Source: Octopus vulgaris (Eukaryota). From it: DNA of 64,000 nt. This document shows, in pieces, positions 17,344 through 30,712 of this stretch; positions within the stretch are counted from its first letter, which is position 1, and each line of letters opens with the position of its first letter. The position numbers were made by a program, and so were the translations under genes. Under the pieces are notes generated by a model, which saw nothing but the letters and a program-made list of their open reading frames with translations, was not told the DNA's origin and made no database searches. The DNA lies in NCBI GenBank assembly GCA_951406725.2, contig OX597830.1, positions 39,680,001-39,744,000 on the forward strand, read 5' to 3'.

Positions 17344-17437
17344 ATCACCCAATTTTGAATTATATGGATAACACCATACTAAATTCTGGTGCCTTTAACT
17401 TAAGTACCATATTCAACTGAATCTAAATTTTTACTGA

Positions 17438-17483
<46 letters not shown>

Positions 17484-18049
17484 CGATAATATATATATAT
17501 ATAGGGTAGAGAAATTAGAGAAATGTTCTACCAGTGGCTAGCATGCATAAAGTAGTCAATAGATAACATATTTTTCATATAAAATAAGTCTATATTTATA
17601 CACAAAAGTGATAACCCTAACAGGGTACCTTACATGCTAAAACGAACAGTTAAAGTCGAAACCACAGTTAAGAGTAATTTCGAAGGGGATGAAAAATAAA
17701 AACATTTTCAATAGTTACTACTTATATAGTTATACAGAGACAGAGAGCGAGAAGGATTATAATTCTTTCACTCACGCTGCATTACTTCAAGTTTCGTGTA
17801 TGTGCGGTACGGTCTTACGAATCTTAACGCAACGTTGAGCTGAGCCAGATCGTTAAAATTTTCATGTAACTCAAACCAAGTATATTGAGTGCTCCAATCT
17901 TATATTTATTCCTTTGCACCCCAGAAGGGATGTATGTATATATGCATGTATATACGAATGCATGGTATATGTATGGACACATATATATGTATACATACAT
18001 ACATACACATACACATACACACACACACATACACACACACACACACACT

Positions 18050-18093
<44 letters not shown>

Positions 18094-18339
18094 CACATGT
18101 AACATATGGTATAATTATAAACATGGCAAATTTTAGCCATTTCTCCGCAGGCTGAAAAAATGAACATAATCGATTTTCGAACCTTATTGGGATATATATA
18201 TATATATGTATGTATGTATGTATGTATAAATATATATGTGCGTGTGTGTGTGTGTGTGTGTGTGTCCGCGCGCGTATGTATGTATGTATGTATGTATGTA
18301 CGTATGTATGTATACATGTATGTATGTAATATATATAGA

Positions 18340-18525
18340 AGAGGTTGTGCTGAAAATTTCCTGGCTGGCGGCTCAACCTTTCGAGTTCTTTTGCAGGGTT
18401 TAGAAAACTGAAAACCTCTGCAATAAGTGTGTCAATATGAGAGGAGAATATGTCGAATAAAATCATAATTAACTAATCCACCTAAATTTTCCTTTACCCA
18501 CAGTCAGGAACTTTTCAGCACACTC
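18340..18525 (+). mobile_element. Mariner-derived MITE
   Basis: TIRs GTGCTGAAAA(T/G)TTCCTG. Internal mariner C-terminal remnant NKCV..GEYVE*. Related copy at 50606. Confidence 0.75.
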
Positions 18526-18603
18526 ACATACATACATACATACATACATACATACATACATACATACATAAATACATACATATATATATGTGAGTGTGTA
18601 TGC

Positions 18604-18655
<52 letters not shown>

Positions 18656-19310
18656 GTGTGTATGTATATATATATATACACACACAGACACTCACATATA
18701 TATATATATACATACATTTATATATATATGCATATATATATATACCTACACACACACGCACACATACACGCAAACCCACACAGACATATGTATTCGTGTG
18801 TATGTGTCTATATAAATGTATATTTATGATGTGAAAGATTGAAAGAATGAGCAATAGATACACAGAAGTTGATATGTCTACAACTCATTCACACATACAT
18901 GTATACACAAGTGTGTATGTGTGTGTGTGTATGTGTGTGTGTGCGTACGCGCGTGACTATGAAGAGACAAAGGAAAAGAGAGGAAGAGAGTGATTATGTA
19001 CCAGAATAAGTACAAAATGTCTTTCCTTAATGACTTTATTTATCACGGCCTGGTTGAGTACTTTAAGATAAGTAATCAGAAAATAATACTGATACCTAAT
19101 TGTTATGAAATTGTACTTTTACGGCAAATTCATCCCAATAGAGACAGTTGGCATCTCCCGTGCGAAAACACGGACGAAATCATTGTTCTGTGGTCTGACA
19201 TTGTTTCGCTATAGCTAAATTCACACCCAGATGGATATAAAAGGTTATTGCTAAGAAAAGCTAGAAATGAATACAAAAGACAATCTTCGGTCATGCTGCC
19301 GGACTAATAA

Positions 19311-19382
<72 letters not shown>

Positions 19383-19531
19383 TACATACATTGTTATATT
19401 TCGGAATGGTCATATTGCCAGTTTAGCCAATAAATACATATATATATATATAAAAATATATATACATATATGTATATATATACACACACACATATATATA
19501 CTTATATATATGAATATATATATATATATGC

Positions 19532-19563
<32 letters not shown>

Positions 19564-19792
19564 ATATATATATATACATACATATAATACGTATTGAATA
19601 TTTTCAGAGATGCCAAATAAATTTAGATTCATCAAATATGCTTACTTCTCTAAAATGTTTGTGTGTGCATTTGTGTGTCTGTGTGTGTGAGAGAGAGAAT
19701 AGGGGAGATACATAGCTAGATAGATAGACAGACAGACAGATACATACATACAAACATACATACAAACATACATACAAACATACATACATACA

Positions 19793-19824
<32 letters not shown>

Positions 19825-20124
19825 CATACATACATACATACATACATGGATGGATAAACACAATTTTTTCGTAGCAAATAGTAATACATTAATTTTAATA
19901 TGCATATTAGGAATTCATAGTGCATGCCTCAAGTGATGCTGCTCTGAAACAATATTTGAAGGATCGAATACGAATGTGGCAAATGTTTAACATTCTCGCT
20001 TCCCTTGCTTTGAGACCATCGAATATGCTTCAATTCAACATTGACATTTTAGACAGCGTTCACCTGCTGCACGTTATAATAAGAAAGTACTTCCAGCTCA
20101 AGAAATGATATGCAGAGACGAATT

Positions 20125-20191
<67 letters not shown>

Positions 20192-20529
20192 AACAAACAT
20201 ATAAGAGATGGCCATAATAGGACATCTGTCTCACTAGAAAGAGCAGTTAAACTTCAAACCACTAATAGTTGTAATTCTGAAATGGAAAGAGAAATAAAAT
20301 CGTTTGCCCTCTCCTTTCTGGACTATGCATAGTTTCTGCAATCTTTTGTAAATAAAATAAAATTATTTACGATTGGCGTTGCCTATGTATGTATGTATGT
20401 ATGTATGTATGTATGTATGTATGTATGTATGTATGTATGTATGTATGTATGTATGTATGTATGTATTTATGAATGTATGTATGTATGTATGTATGTATGT
20501 ATGTATGTATGTATGTATATATATATGAA

Positions 20530-21685
20530 TCATCATTTCGTGAACATCATGAAGCGATGAGTACTTTTTCCAAACGTCCTTTGTAGTTATGTGACCTCTG
20601 ATGACTGTGAAGTCCGATTCTAGAGAGACGGATACGTCTGCAGGTGGACCATGTAAACCCTTGCTGCTGTTGACCTCCAGGTTTCTGCTCGTTCTGCCGG
20701 GCGCGACGTGCCGCTTCAATCTGCAGTAGATCATATTGGAGTTTGGTGATGCTAGTCTTGTATGCATCGTGCCAGCTAATGCACTCTGCAGCCATTGATT
20801 CGAGACTGTCGGGAGAAATATGACACTTTTTCAGCGTTGCCTTCCGGTGATCTTTAAAGCGCTTGTGCTGGCCAGCGACAGAGCATTTTCCATCTTCAAG
20901 TTCGCCGTACATAACAAGGCGGGGCAATCGATTTCAAGGCATTCGAATGACATGCCCTGCCCACCTCAGTTGGCGGTTAGCGATTGTTACCTCCAATGAC
21001 TGGCTGTTTATTCGGCCACGTATCTCAGCATAAGGGATCCTGTTCCACCAGTGTAAGCCAAGAAGTTGTTGAAGGCGAGAGATATGAAACCGTTCGAGCA
21101 TCTTGATATGACGCCGGTAAGGCATCCAAGACTCGCAGCCATATAGCAGGACTAAGTCACAAACAGCATTGTAGACAGCCGCTCTTGTTCTGATGTTGAT
21201 GTTTTTGTTGAGAAGGACGCGAGTACTTAGCCGACCAAACACAGCAGAGGCAAGACGAATACGGCGCTGAATATCGTCTGTCAGATCGAGGGTGTTGTTG
21301 AAGACTGAGCCAAGGTACGTGAATTGGTTAACATTAGCAATTGTCACATCTTCAATATGGAAGGAGCATGGGTTGATGTCGGACGTTGGAGGAATTCCGT
21401 CTTCTTGGTATTGATGAATAAGTCAGTATGGCTGTATGCAGAGCCTTTGAAGGCCAGCAGAGCTATGGTTGACAAGTACCGTATCATCAGCATATTGCAA
21501 CTCGAAGATGTGTTGAGATGGGGGTCTTTATTACAGATTTCAGGCATCTCAGATTGGTAATACTGCCATCCGACCGGTACCTGATAGTTATTGCGTATTT
21601 CTGGTTGAATGAATGCCTGGCCTGGAGGGCTACGGCTGCCACGTGTAAGTTGAAGATGACCGGGGTAAGTACGCATCCTTGCGTG

Positions 21686-21720
<35 letters not shown>

Positions 21721-21945
21721 GTATGTATATATATGTATCGTCGGCTCCAGCTCGTATCTGAGCATTGGGTTTGTTCCGAATATGACTTTGGAGTCCAAGT
21801 CAGTGGCGAAAGCGTTGTGGACAGAATTCGCACGGGATGGTTGGTGCGGGTCGAGGATGTTGAAGGCGTTCCATTCTTCTGCGTTTTACCTCCTCATTCT
21901 GTTGTCTGTTCTGCTCGAAGGAGCAGATCACAGTCAGCTCCTTCG

Positions 21946-21946
<1 letters not shown>
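20530..21946 (-). mobile_element. RTE-clade LINE 3' portion (RT + C-terminal C2H2-like motif), interrupted by a microsatellite at about 21685-21735
   Basis: QGCVLTPVIFNL, ELQYADDT, FTYLGS, LLYGCESW, QLRWAGHVIRM, MYGEL and C..RIGLHSH, with frameshifts. Confidence 0.9.
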
Positions 21947-22043
<97 letters not shown>

Positions 22044-22062
22044 CATAATATGTGTGTGTGTA

Positions 22063-22125
<63 letters not shown>

Positions 22126-22384
22126 ATGCACAAGCATGTTAAATTCACGTATTTCCCTGTAGATTGAGAAAAAAATTGAACAGCCTTAATCGATTTTCTA
22201 CCCTTATTGTACTCTTATCAGAGGTGTCGACGTCACTTGACCAATAACAGAGAAACAAGTAGCCATTCTGCTTATATCCTGGTAGCAACAAATCTGGTAA
22301 CTACAGAAAACTAATGCGTGACATTAGTGTTTAACACTTTATATAAAATCAAAGTCCTGTCAGGGTACAACCAAGGTATGATAA

Positions 22385-23108
22385 CTGGCCCTCAGTCAGT
22401 TACGACAACGAGTGTTCCTGCTGATCCGATTAAGGGAACAGCCTGCCCGTAAAATTAACGTGCAAATGGTTGAGCATTCCGCAGACACTTGTACCTTTAA
22501 TGTAGTTCTCAGGGAGATTCATGGTGACACAGAATGTGACAAGGTTGGTCTTCTGAAATAAAAGTATACAACTTTTGTCAGCTGAGTGAACTGGAACAAT
22601 GTGAAATAAAGTGCCTTGCTCAAGGATACAGCGCGCTGCTCGGAATCGAACCCAGGACCTTACGACCGTGAGCCCAATATGTTAACCACTAAACCATGCG
22701 CCTTCACTGTGAGATTATATAATTATACATGACTATATGTAAATTAAAATTATACAGAATGGTTTCAGGGCGGTTTGGTTGATGTTTCTATCAGGTAGAT
22801 AACAGCAGCGTAAAGGTTCCTCTCAGTGGCTTGTGGTCAACAGGATTAACTGGACACTGGTAGAAATGTCACAAAGCGACATCCCTCATTCATCAAATAG
22901 CATAGATACTCGTACCTTTAATGAAGTTCTCGGTGAGATTCAGCGAAGCAAAATGTGACAAGGCTGTCCCTTTGAAATGCAGGTACTACCCGTTTTTGCC
23001 GGCTGAGGTGGATTGCAGCAACGAGAAATAAAGTGTCTTGCTCAAGGATCGAACTCACGATGTTGCAGTCGTGAGTCGACTGCTCTAACCACTAAGCCAC
23101 GCGCTTGC
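22385..23108 (-). mobile_element. Two tandem copies of SINE family D (tRNA head + Meta/CORE-like TCCTTGAGCAAGRCACTTTATTTC domain): 22385-22708 and about 22905-23108
   Basis: Minus-strand head GTGAAGGCGCATGGTTTAGTGGTT...GGTTCGATTCC. Tail shared with 59876-60165. Confidence 0.8.
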
Positions 23109-23385
23109 ACTTAAGGTATGATAAAACTTCTGCAAATATACGCCGTAAACGTACAAATACGTAAATTTTACTTATATCTCTACGGATTGAAAAAAAAAAA
23201 AAAAACGATGAATACTCTTAATCGATTTTCATATAACTGGGACATGAAGTTTCGCTTAGTCAACACATAGAATGCAAGAACTGAAGTCTCGCTCAGATCA
23301 ATATTATCGATAAAGGCTGATCAACAAAATACACCACCATCAGTAGGTGAGTTGTTTACTACAAGCTAATCATAAGTAGCAAGTA

Positions 23386-23440
<55 letters not shown>

Positions 23441-23448
<8 letters not shown>

Positions 23449-23696
23449 AATATGTTACATTACTCGATAGTCAAGATAAAACTCTGAGTTTCAGATGCCG
23501 AAGTGGAAATCCACAACACCATCTCTTCGGTGTTAATAGCCAGATAACCGAAGAGATGGTGTTGTGGATTTCCACTTCGGCATCTGAAACTCAGAGTTTT
23601 ATCTTGACTATCGAGTAATGTAACATATTATTGTATAGATAAATTTCCCCTATTTACATAATATTGAGGTCGCTTTCTTTCTTTTGTTATCTTACC

Positions 23697-23737
<41 letters not shown>

Positions 23738-25161
23738 ATAAAACGGTAAGATAACAAAAGAAAGAAAGAGACCTCAATATTATGTAAATAGAGGAAATTT
23801 ATCTATACAATATGTTACATTACTCGGTAGTCAAGATAAAACTCTGAGTTTCAGATGCCGAAGTGGAAATCCACAACACCATCTCTTCGGTTATCTGGCT
23901 ATTTGAAAACGTTATGAAAAAATACCGTTAAAAATGAAGGGAAATTACTCTGTTATAACTCTGCTTTGCCTGCGTACTTATACATCGCTCGCATTTTTCG
24001 TCATAAAAATTATATAAAAATACATAAAAATATATAAAAATATATAAAAATATATAAAATCTTCTTGGGACATAACACAGAAAGCATGTTCTATCCGTTT
24101 TCTTTAGGGGACCAAAAACGTAACAGAAATTTAGTCACATGTGGGCATGATCCGAAAAGCTCTGTCCTTGTATTTAGACATGTGGTAGGGTCTAAGCTGC
24201 TTTTCCAGATAAGCCATCTCTCCATGTCGCATAAACCGCACCTTCCGCTGCCGTTAGTATAGGGCTTACATCTGGCCAAAATCTTCCATTGTATGTTATA
24301 ATCGACACCTTTATCTCTTAAAGACCAAATATGATTGGATAATTGTGTCGCTTTTCTTTTGTTCCAGTGCCTAAAGCTCAAAGTGTGGTTATTGAACCTG
24401 GCCTTGAAATTACCCTCTGTCAGGCCCACGTATTTCTTCGTCGAAACGGTGTCTTTAGTGGTTATAGAGTTTACGGTAGCTTCATATATGATGGTCTTGG
24501 ACATGCAAGCTCCATTTAGCGGGCACAATTCTTTATTCCTGCATGAACAGCTGTTTTCTTCTTGTGTTTTTTGTATGTTATGATTGATTATGTTTTTAAA
24601 ATTGGTAGTTGAACTAAAACTAATTTTTAAATTGTGTCTATTGAAGAGTTTCCTATAAGCATGGTTAACTGGAAAATGTCTATCTATCAGTGCTAGGAAA
24701 TATTTACCTATATTGAAGGCCACCTCGGGTGAGTAAGGGGGCGTAAACCAGATGACCTTCCTATTTCTATTATTCCTTTTCCTTATTGTTGGGCTGGTGA
24801 TAGGTGTATATTTTATTTTTTCGCTAAAACCACTATCTTTTAAAGCTTTATTATAAACTGGGGCAACGCTATTGAAAACGGATAGAACATGATTTCTGTG
24901 TTATGTCCCAAGAAGATTTTATATATTTTTATATATTTTTATGTATTTTTATATAATTTTTATGACGAAAAATGCGAGCGATGTATAAGTACGCAGGCAA
25001 AGCAGAGTTATAACAGAGTAATTTCCCTTCATTTTTAACGGTATTTTTTCATAACGTTTTCAAATAGCCAGATAACCGAAGAGATGGTGTTGTGGATTTC
25101 CACTTCGGCATCTGAAACTCAGAGTTTTATCTTGACTACCGAGTAATGTAACATATTGTAT

Positions 25162-25165
<4 letters not shown>
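23441..25165 (-). mobile_element. 5'-truncated Penelope-like element (probably Nematis-type) with direct and inverted pseudo-LTR copies in (TA)n
   Basis: GIY-YIG ORF, 3' pLTR at 23735-24101, inverted pLTR at 24875-25165 and extra pLTR pieces at 23441-23700. Hammerhead-like motif in the pLTR copies. Confidence 0.92.
24091..24879 (-). CDS. Penelope-like element C-terminal ORF fragment: RT thumb/linker + GIY-YIG endonuclease
   Basis: Open frame of about 263 codons: WFTPPYS..NIGK.FL.LIDRHFP, CSCRNKELCPLNGAC, IIYEATV..KYVGLTEGNFKARFNNH, CGLCDMER. Confidence 0.9.
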   Translation of the reverse strand, partial: VFNSVAPVYNKALKDSGFSEKIKYTPITSPTIRKRNNRNRKVIWFTPPYSPEVAFNIGKYFLALIDRHFPVNHAYRKLFNRHNLKISFSSTTNFKNIINHNIQKTQEENSCSCRNKELCPLNGACMSKTIIYEATVNSITTKDTVSTKKYVGLTEGNFKARFNNHTLSFRHWNKRKATQLSNHIWSLRDKGVDYNIQWKILARCKPYTNGSGRCGLCDMERWLIWKSSLDPTTCLNTRTELFGSCPHVTKFLLRFWSPKENG

Positions 25166-25247
<82 letters not shown>

Positions 25248-25307
25248 TTAGATAGATAGATAGATATAAGATAGATATGTGTGTGTGTGTATATGTATAT
25301 ATATATC

Positions 25308-25429
25308 AACCACATGGTCCGGGTTCAGCACCGCTGCGTGGCACTTTGGTCAAGTGTCTTCTATTATAGCCTCAGGCCGACAAAGCCTTGTGAGTGGATT
25401 TGGTGGACGGAAACTGAAAGGAGCCTATC

Positions 25430-25471
<42 letters not shown>

Positions 25472-25696
25472 ATGTGTATTTTTATGTGTGTGTCTATGTC
25501 TATGTTTGTCCCACCCACACACACCATCGCCTGACAACCTATGTCGGTGTGCTTACGTCCCCGTAACTTAGCGGTACGGCCTGAGAGACTGATAGAATAA
25601 ACTTACACAAAATAAGTCCGAGGTCGATTTCTTCGACTAAAAGCCGGTGCTCCAGCATGGTCCCAGACATTTGATTGAAACAACTAAAACAATAAA

Positions 25697-25697
<1 letters not shown>
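25308..25697 (+). mobile_element. SINE family A, 5'-truncated
   Basis: Homology to the 9602 copy. Confidence 0.85.
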
Positions 25698-25733
<36 letters not shown>

Positions 25734-25744
25734 ATATATATAAT

Positions 25745-25908
25745 GACAGCCAACCGACCGGATTCAACGTATAGGTGTGACCTCTGCAAACGAGGCTGCC
25801 ACTCTCGCATCGGTCTGTACAGCCACAGGAGGCATTTCAAAAACTGAAGAGACAACTCAACGGACGGATAGCATCATCCATGGTCAGTCATGACCGACAG
25901 AGGCCCTA
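25745..25908 (+). mobile_element. RTE LINE extreme 3' end
   Basis: YRCDLCKRGCHSRIGLYSHRRH* followed by a short stem-loop-like tail. Confidence 0.75.
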
Positions 25909-25911
25909 GAA

Positions 25912-25961
<50 letters not shown>

Positions 25962-25969
25962 GCACAGTT

Positions 25970-26500
25970 AAAGTTGTGACTGAGCATAGTGTTTTCGTGT
26001 CGATCTAAAATTCATTTGCAATTTATTTCAACATTGTAAATATCTGCAATTAACAGGAACTCTGAGGCCAAACGGTTTTCCGATATGTATACAGATAGTG
26101 CAAGACGCATGAAAAGGCACCAGCAATTTCCTGTGCAGTTACAAATATTTTTGGTATACCATCTACGATAGAATTGAAAAGGACGTAAAAGCACGTCTAA
26201 GATAATGATTCCGCATATCTGTCAGGATCTTTTACACAGATTTTATCCCCTGACGATTTCGTAAGAAGAAAAAAAAATTGATTTCGCTTTGACTGGGTTT
26301 CGTTTTTTTTTTTGTAGTTTGATTTCAATTTTCAGACTGTTACCAACATGTTTTGAATCTCTCAGTAAAGTCACATTGATCTCGTAGTTTCTGCAGATTT
26401 TCAGAGAGCATTTCCCTGTTGCCCACTTCAATATTAACTATAGTATCCCTTGCCGATGATACTCTCAGACGAACGTTAATTGCAGCAAGAATTTTGAATC
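25970..26500 (-). pseudogene. Possible decayed BTB/POZ(-BACK), SPOP-like pseudogene
   Basis: Ordered peptides across frames resemble BTB and BACK helices: MLSENLQKLRDQCDFT; KSSGDKICVKDPD; IPKIFVTAQE..HYL; ISENRLASEFLLIADIYN..ILDRHENTML. Confidence 0.35.
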
Positions 26501-26794
26501 AGACGGAAAACATAACCACGCACCTAAAAGTGTGTATGTATTTAATAACTTTTGTTAATTCACTTCTGGTCTTTAGTATAAATTGAATTTCAAACTATCC
26601 AGTCGTGATAATTTCGTACCATTAAGATTATAAATAAATGATTTAACTAATGGTTTCAGTTAACCAAAGGATAGTTAGCATATGGTGCAATGTTTGACAC
26701 TTTGTTTCACCCAGGAGAATCAGGAGAATTTATGTTAAATTAACTACAGGAAAAGTTATCAAAAAGATATTAAAGTTGTTCTGAAAAAGTAGCA

Positions 26795-26982
26795 CAGTAT
26801 GTTATGGCATAGAAGACGCAGACAAAAAATGTCAAAAGAAATTGTTCCGGTCCCCATATGCGAAGTTGGGCTTCCCAATGATCTGGAATGCATATAAAAC
26901 CGGGGGCTTTTTTCTTGAATATGCGCTGATGAAATTGTGGTGCGTCTAATATACCCGTGCGCCTTTTATTCTATCAAAAACG
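26795..26982. mobile_element. Degenerate Tc2/pogo-type MITE
   Basis: ATAGAAGACGCA on the left and GTGCGTCTAATATACCCGTGCGCCTTTTATTC on the right resemble subterminal motifs of such MITEs. Confidence 0.35.
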
Positions 26983-27966
26983 ATAACTACTTTAGTATAG
27001 CACTGAACTGAACTCGTGCTACGTTAATTCACAATATGGCATCCACAAATAGTGAGCGGATTTTCATACTTTGATTTCCTTTGTATCTAGCTGTCATATT
27101 GGCATCTTTACAAGAGATTTCTGTTTTCTCGATGTTTCTTTTATCAGATTTACAATGACTTCTCACAACAATCTTCAAAGAAGAAAAATCTTTCTTAAAT
27201 CTTAAATTTTACTATGAAGGTAACATATAATAAATGTTGTTTGTTCGACTTATATGGGATCAGGTGTTGCGTCACCTATTATTCAATAGTATATTGCCTT
27301 TGATCTTTAAGAGATTATGTTTCAAAATATGATCGGAGCAAAGAGAAATGAGTTCATTTTGTGTTTCACCGAACAAATAAAGTGCTTGCAACCTTTCTAT
27401 TTTTTCTCTTGTTTACATTGACTTTCGTGGTATGAGTTTCAAGTACACGAGACAAAAGTTCAACCAGCCCACGTAAGTTACCATTGTGAAGATCGCCAAT
27501 GAGATGAGAAGTATCAGAGAATGCTAACCTCCTTTTACCCAAAAATAAAATAATGTCAGTTATACGATGGAGAATTGTTAACCGAGTTAGTGTCCTTTAG
27601 TACAATTTGTTTATGCAGAAAATGTTCCATGAATAACTCCTTTGTCTGAGCTGTCTCCATGATACCTAATTCCATTAGTGTTCATTACTATATTTAAGTT
27701 TAGGAATGCTATCACATATCTTTTTTTTTTTTTTCATATTTCTGTGGTGGATAATCCATTCTCTAATGTCAACGTGAGTTGACACTGCAAACGAAACATA
27801 GCTTAGCTCTTGACACTCCACCGTAGATCATCCACCATTGTGACTCCTGTGATTAGAAATATCAACTAGAAATTTTACTCTGTTTTCTGCTCTTCGTATT
27901 AAATTGCCAATATCAAATCCATCGCGTATATCTTGAGGTGTTCTTCAGATTTTTGTTGTAAGTTAC

Positions 27967-28211
27967 CGGTGCAGTTCAATTCCAGGAGCGATATCTTCGA
28001 GCATTGCAGATAGTCCCTGAACAACAGTTTCACTCCAAGTTTTAGATGAAGTCATTTTGTTTCCAATTTGTTTTAGAGCAGAGAGTTCAGATTTTGCTAA
28101 TAAATATTCATCATTAACTTTTTGTGTAACACCCACATCCAGCAACGATGTCTTTCCTTTGACTTCTCGTTCATTTCTTGATTTTCTTTCACCTCGCTTC
28201 TGCAATTTAAA
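27967..28211 (-). CDS. Candidate internal exon or pseudogene fragment, product unknown
   Basis: TTTTGTTTCGTTGATAACCAG| acceptor, 245-nt open non-repetitive frame (FKLQKRG...GIELHR), |GTAACT donor. Confidence 0.25.
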
Positions 28212-28433
28212 CTGGTTATCAACGAAACAAAATATTGCTAAGGATGTATAATTAATTATAATTAAACGAGGGATTGACATAGAGACACTGTAATATAAGT
28301 ATACTTTGTGTATGTATGCGTGTGTGTGTGTGTGTGTGTGCTTGTGTGTGTGTGTATTTTTCTAGAACCCATTGTGTTCAGCGACTAATAGGATAATTAT
28401 GCGGACTACTTACTGTCTGTTGGGTGAGCTGTG

Positions 28434-28520
<87 letters not shown>

Positions 28521-28840
28521 AAGAAAGAAAGAATAGATGAATGAATGAAGTATATGAGTGTTTGTATTTAAGTAGTTGTGTATTCAATAACAAAAAGAAT
28601 AATTGAATAAATACGATGGACAATGTATTGAAAAATAAGGAGATGTTGAAGAGGAAATGAAGGTAAGGGAAACAGGAAGTGCATGTTGAGGTAGAATAGT
28701 GGAGCTGTTGTATTGGTTAAGGGTATATATAAGATGCTTGTGTATTTCTTATATATCAAGATCTGTATACCCACACGAATTAACACATTGTTCAGCTCAG
28801 ACACGCGCACATATCCAAACAGTCATACAATATAAAAGAA

Positions 28841-28917
<77 letters not shown>

Positions 28918-28929
28918 TATTCTTATTAT

Positions 28930-29408
28930 TATTTGATGAAAACTCTCAGTTTATTTCACTGGATATTATGGAAAGTGCCTGCTACCCACAGCCAGCAGAC
29001 TAAGGTGACACTTGTTTACGGATCATGCTTCAAGAACCTTACCATGGACTCTTGCAGTTCCAAGATGATTTTTGGAGATGCTTTATCTTTACATTTGTAC
29101 CAACCTTTTTGAGCCATTCTGGTAGTTGAGAGCTGATAATTCCAAGTGCGCCAATTACTATTGGTATCATGTCCACTCTCATCATTGCCCGCAATCTGCG
29201 CATTTCCCACTTCAAATCGTCATAGTTGTTCATTTTTTTCTTCTTTCTCTTCCATCTTGATGTCACCGGGATATACTTTGTCAATTTTCATGCAAATCTT
29301 TCTTTTTTGCTCACTGCAATAATGTCAGGTTTTAGATGTCTGATCGGGTGGTCACACGGTATCATTGCTTCCCACAGGATTTTGCAGTCTTTATTCTCAG
29401 TAACTCAA
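28930..29408 (-). mobile_element. R4/Dong-like RLE LINE 3' fragment (copy 1)
   Basis: LWEAMIPCDHPIRHLKPDII, YDDLKWE and IPIVIGALG motifs. Bounded by (TAA)n on both sides. Confidence 0.8.
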
Positions 29409-29497
<89 letters not shown>

Positions 29498-29499
29498 CA

Positions 29500-30420
29500 T
29501 TCAGTAGTTTTATTTTTATAGCGTGCTTTCACTTCATTACCGAGCGCAGCTCTGTGTGCCTTAGGTATGTGCTGTGATTTGTTGTGATGCTCTGATGGTT
29601 ATTGTATGGAAAGTGTTCTGCGTAGGATGTGTGCAATTTTCTGTTTGTTATATGTGTTTGTAAGTCCTGGTGTTTTTGTTATGTATTTGTCTGAATATTT
29701 TTTTATCATGCCTAATGCACCTACTATGATAGGAATCGTTTCTGCTTTTAGATTCCACATTCTGGTTACCTCTATTTTCAGGTGTTTGTATTTTGAAAGT
29801 TTCTCCATTTCTTTTAGAGACACGTTGTCATCTGCCGGTATTGATACATCAATTAGAAAGCATTTTTTTTCTTCATGATCTTTGACAACTATATCTGGTC
29901 TGTTGGCCTTAATTTCTATCTGTGTGTATCAGCATATCCCAGAGTATGGTTGCTTTCTCGTTTTCTGTGACCTTTTCTGGTGTGTGCCCATACCATCTTT
30001 TTTCTGTTGTTATTCCATAATGTTGGCATAGCTTCCAGTGTATGTAGGTTCCAACTTTGTCATGTCTGTGAATTTATTCCTTCTTAGCTAGGACTGGGCA
30101 GCCAGAGATAATATGATTTATTGTTTCTTGTCCATCTCCACATATTCTGCAGTTACTTGTTATATTTCTTTTCATTACATGTTTTTGGTAATTTCTGGTG
30201 GGGAGGCTTTGGTCTTGTGCTGCAATTAAAAATCCCTCTGTCTCTGCTTTGAGTCCTGAGCTTCTCAACCATTGCTGGGATTTTTCTATGTCTATTTCTT
30301 TTGCGTTTAGTTTAGTCCAGTATTTACCATGAAGGGGCTTTTCTTGCCATCGTTTTATCATGGTTCGTTGCTGTTCTGTTTTTAGTTTGGATTTCATTTG
30401 TTTTATAGCTTTTGTTGTTT
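29500..30420 (-). mobile_element. R4/Dong-like RLE LINE 3' ~0.9 kb (copy 2)
   Basis: KPLHGKY, ETEGFLIAAQDQSL, CCHC zinc knuckle CRICG..ETINHIISGC, RHD, NRPDIVVKD..FLIDVSIP (PD-D endonuclease), PIIVGALG. (TAA)n on both flanks. Confidence 0.92.
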
Positions 30421-30509
30421 CTTCATCTTCTTCTTCTTCTTCTTCTTCTTCTTCTTCTTCTTCTTCTTCTTCTTCTTCTTCTTCTTCTTCTTCTTCTTCT
30501 TCTTCTTCA

Positions 30510-30556
<47 letters not shown>

Positions 30557-30712
30557 ACAGGTTACTACCTGTAATCTTAGGTATCCACAAGTTTTCAGCT
30601 GTCTTTCAAGTGCTTAGAGCCCACCTGATAATCCTTGCTATCCGTAAGAGAAAACTTTCTGCAAGAGCTCTCCAGGGCATTCTACTTGAATCTCCTTCAG
30701 CCATTTGTCTAT

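Noticed and set aside
23441-25165. CRISPR-like or LTR-retrotransposon interpretation of the repeats
   Set aside because: The repeats are long, inverted and lack spacers, TG..CA ends or a PBS. The GIY-YIG ORF identifies them as Penelope pseudo-LTRs.
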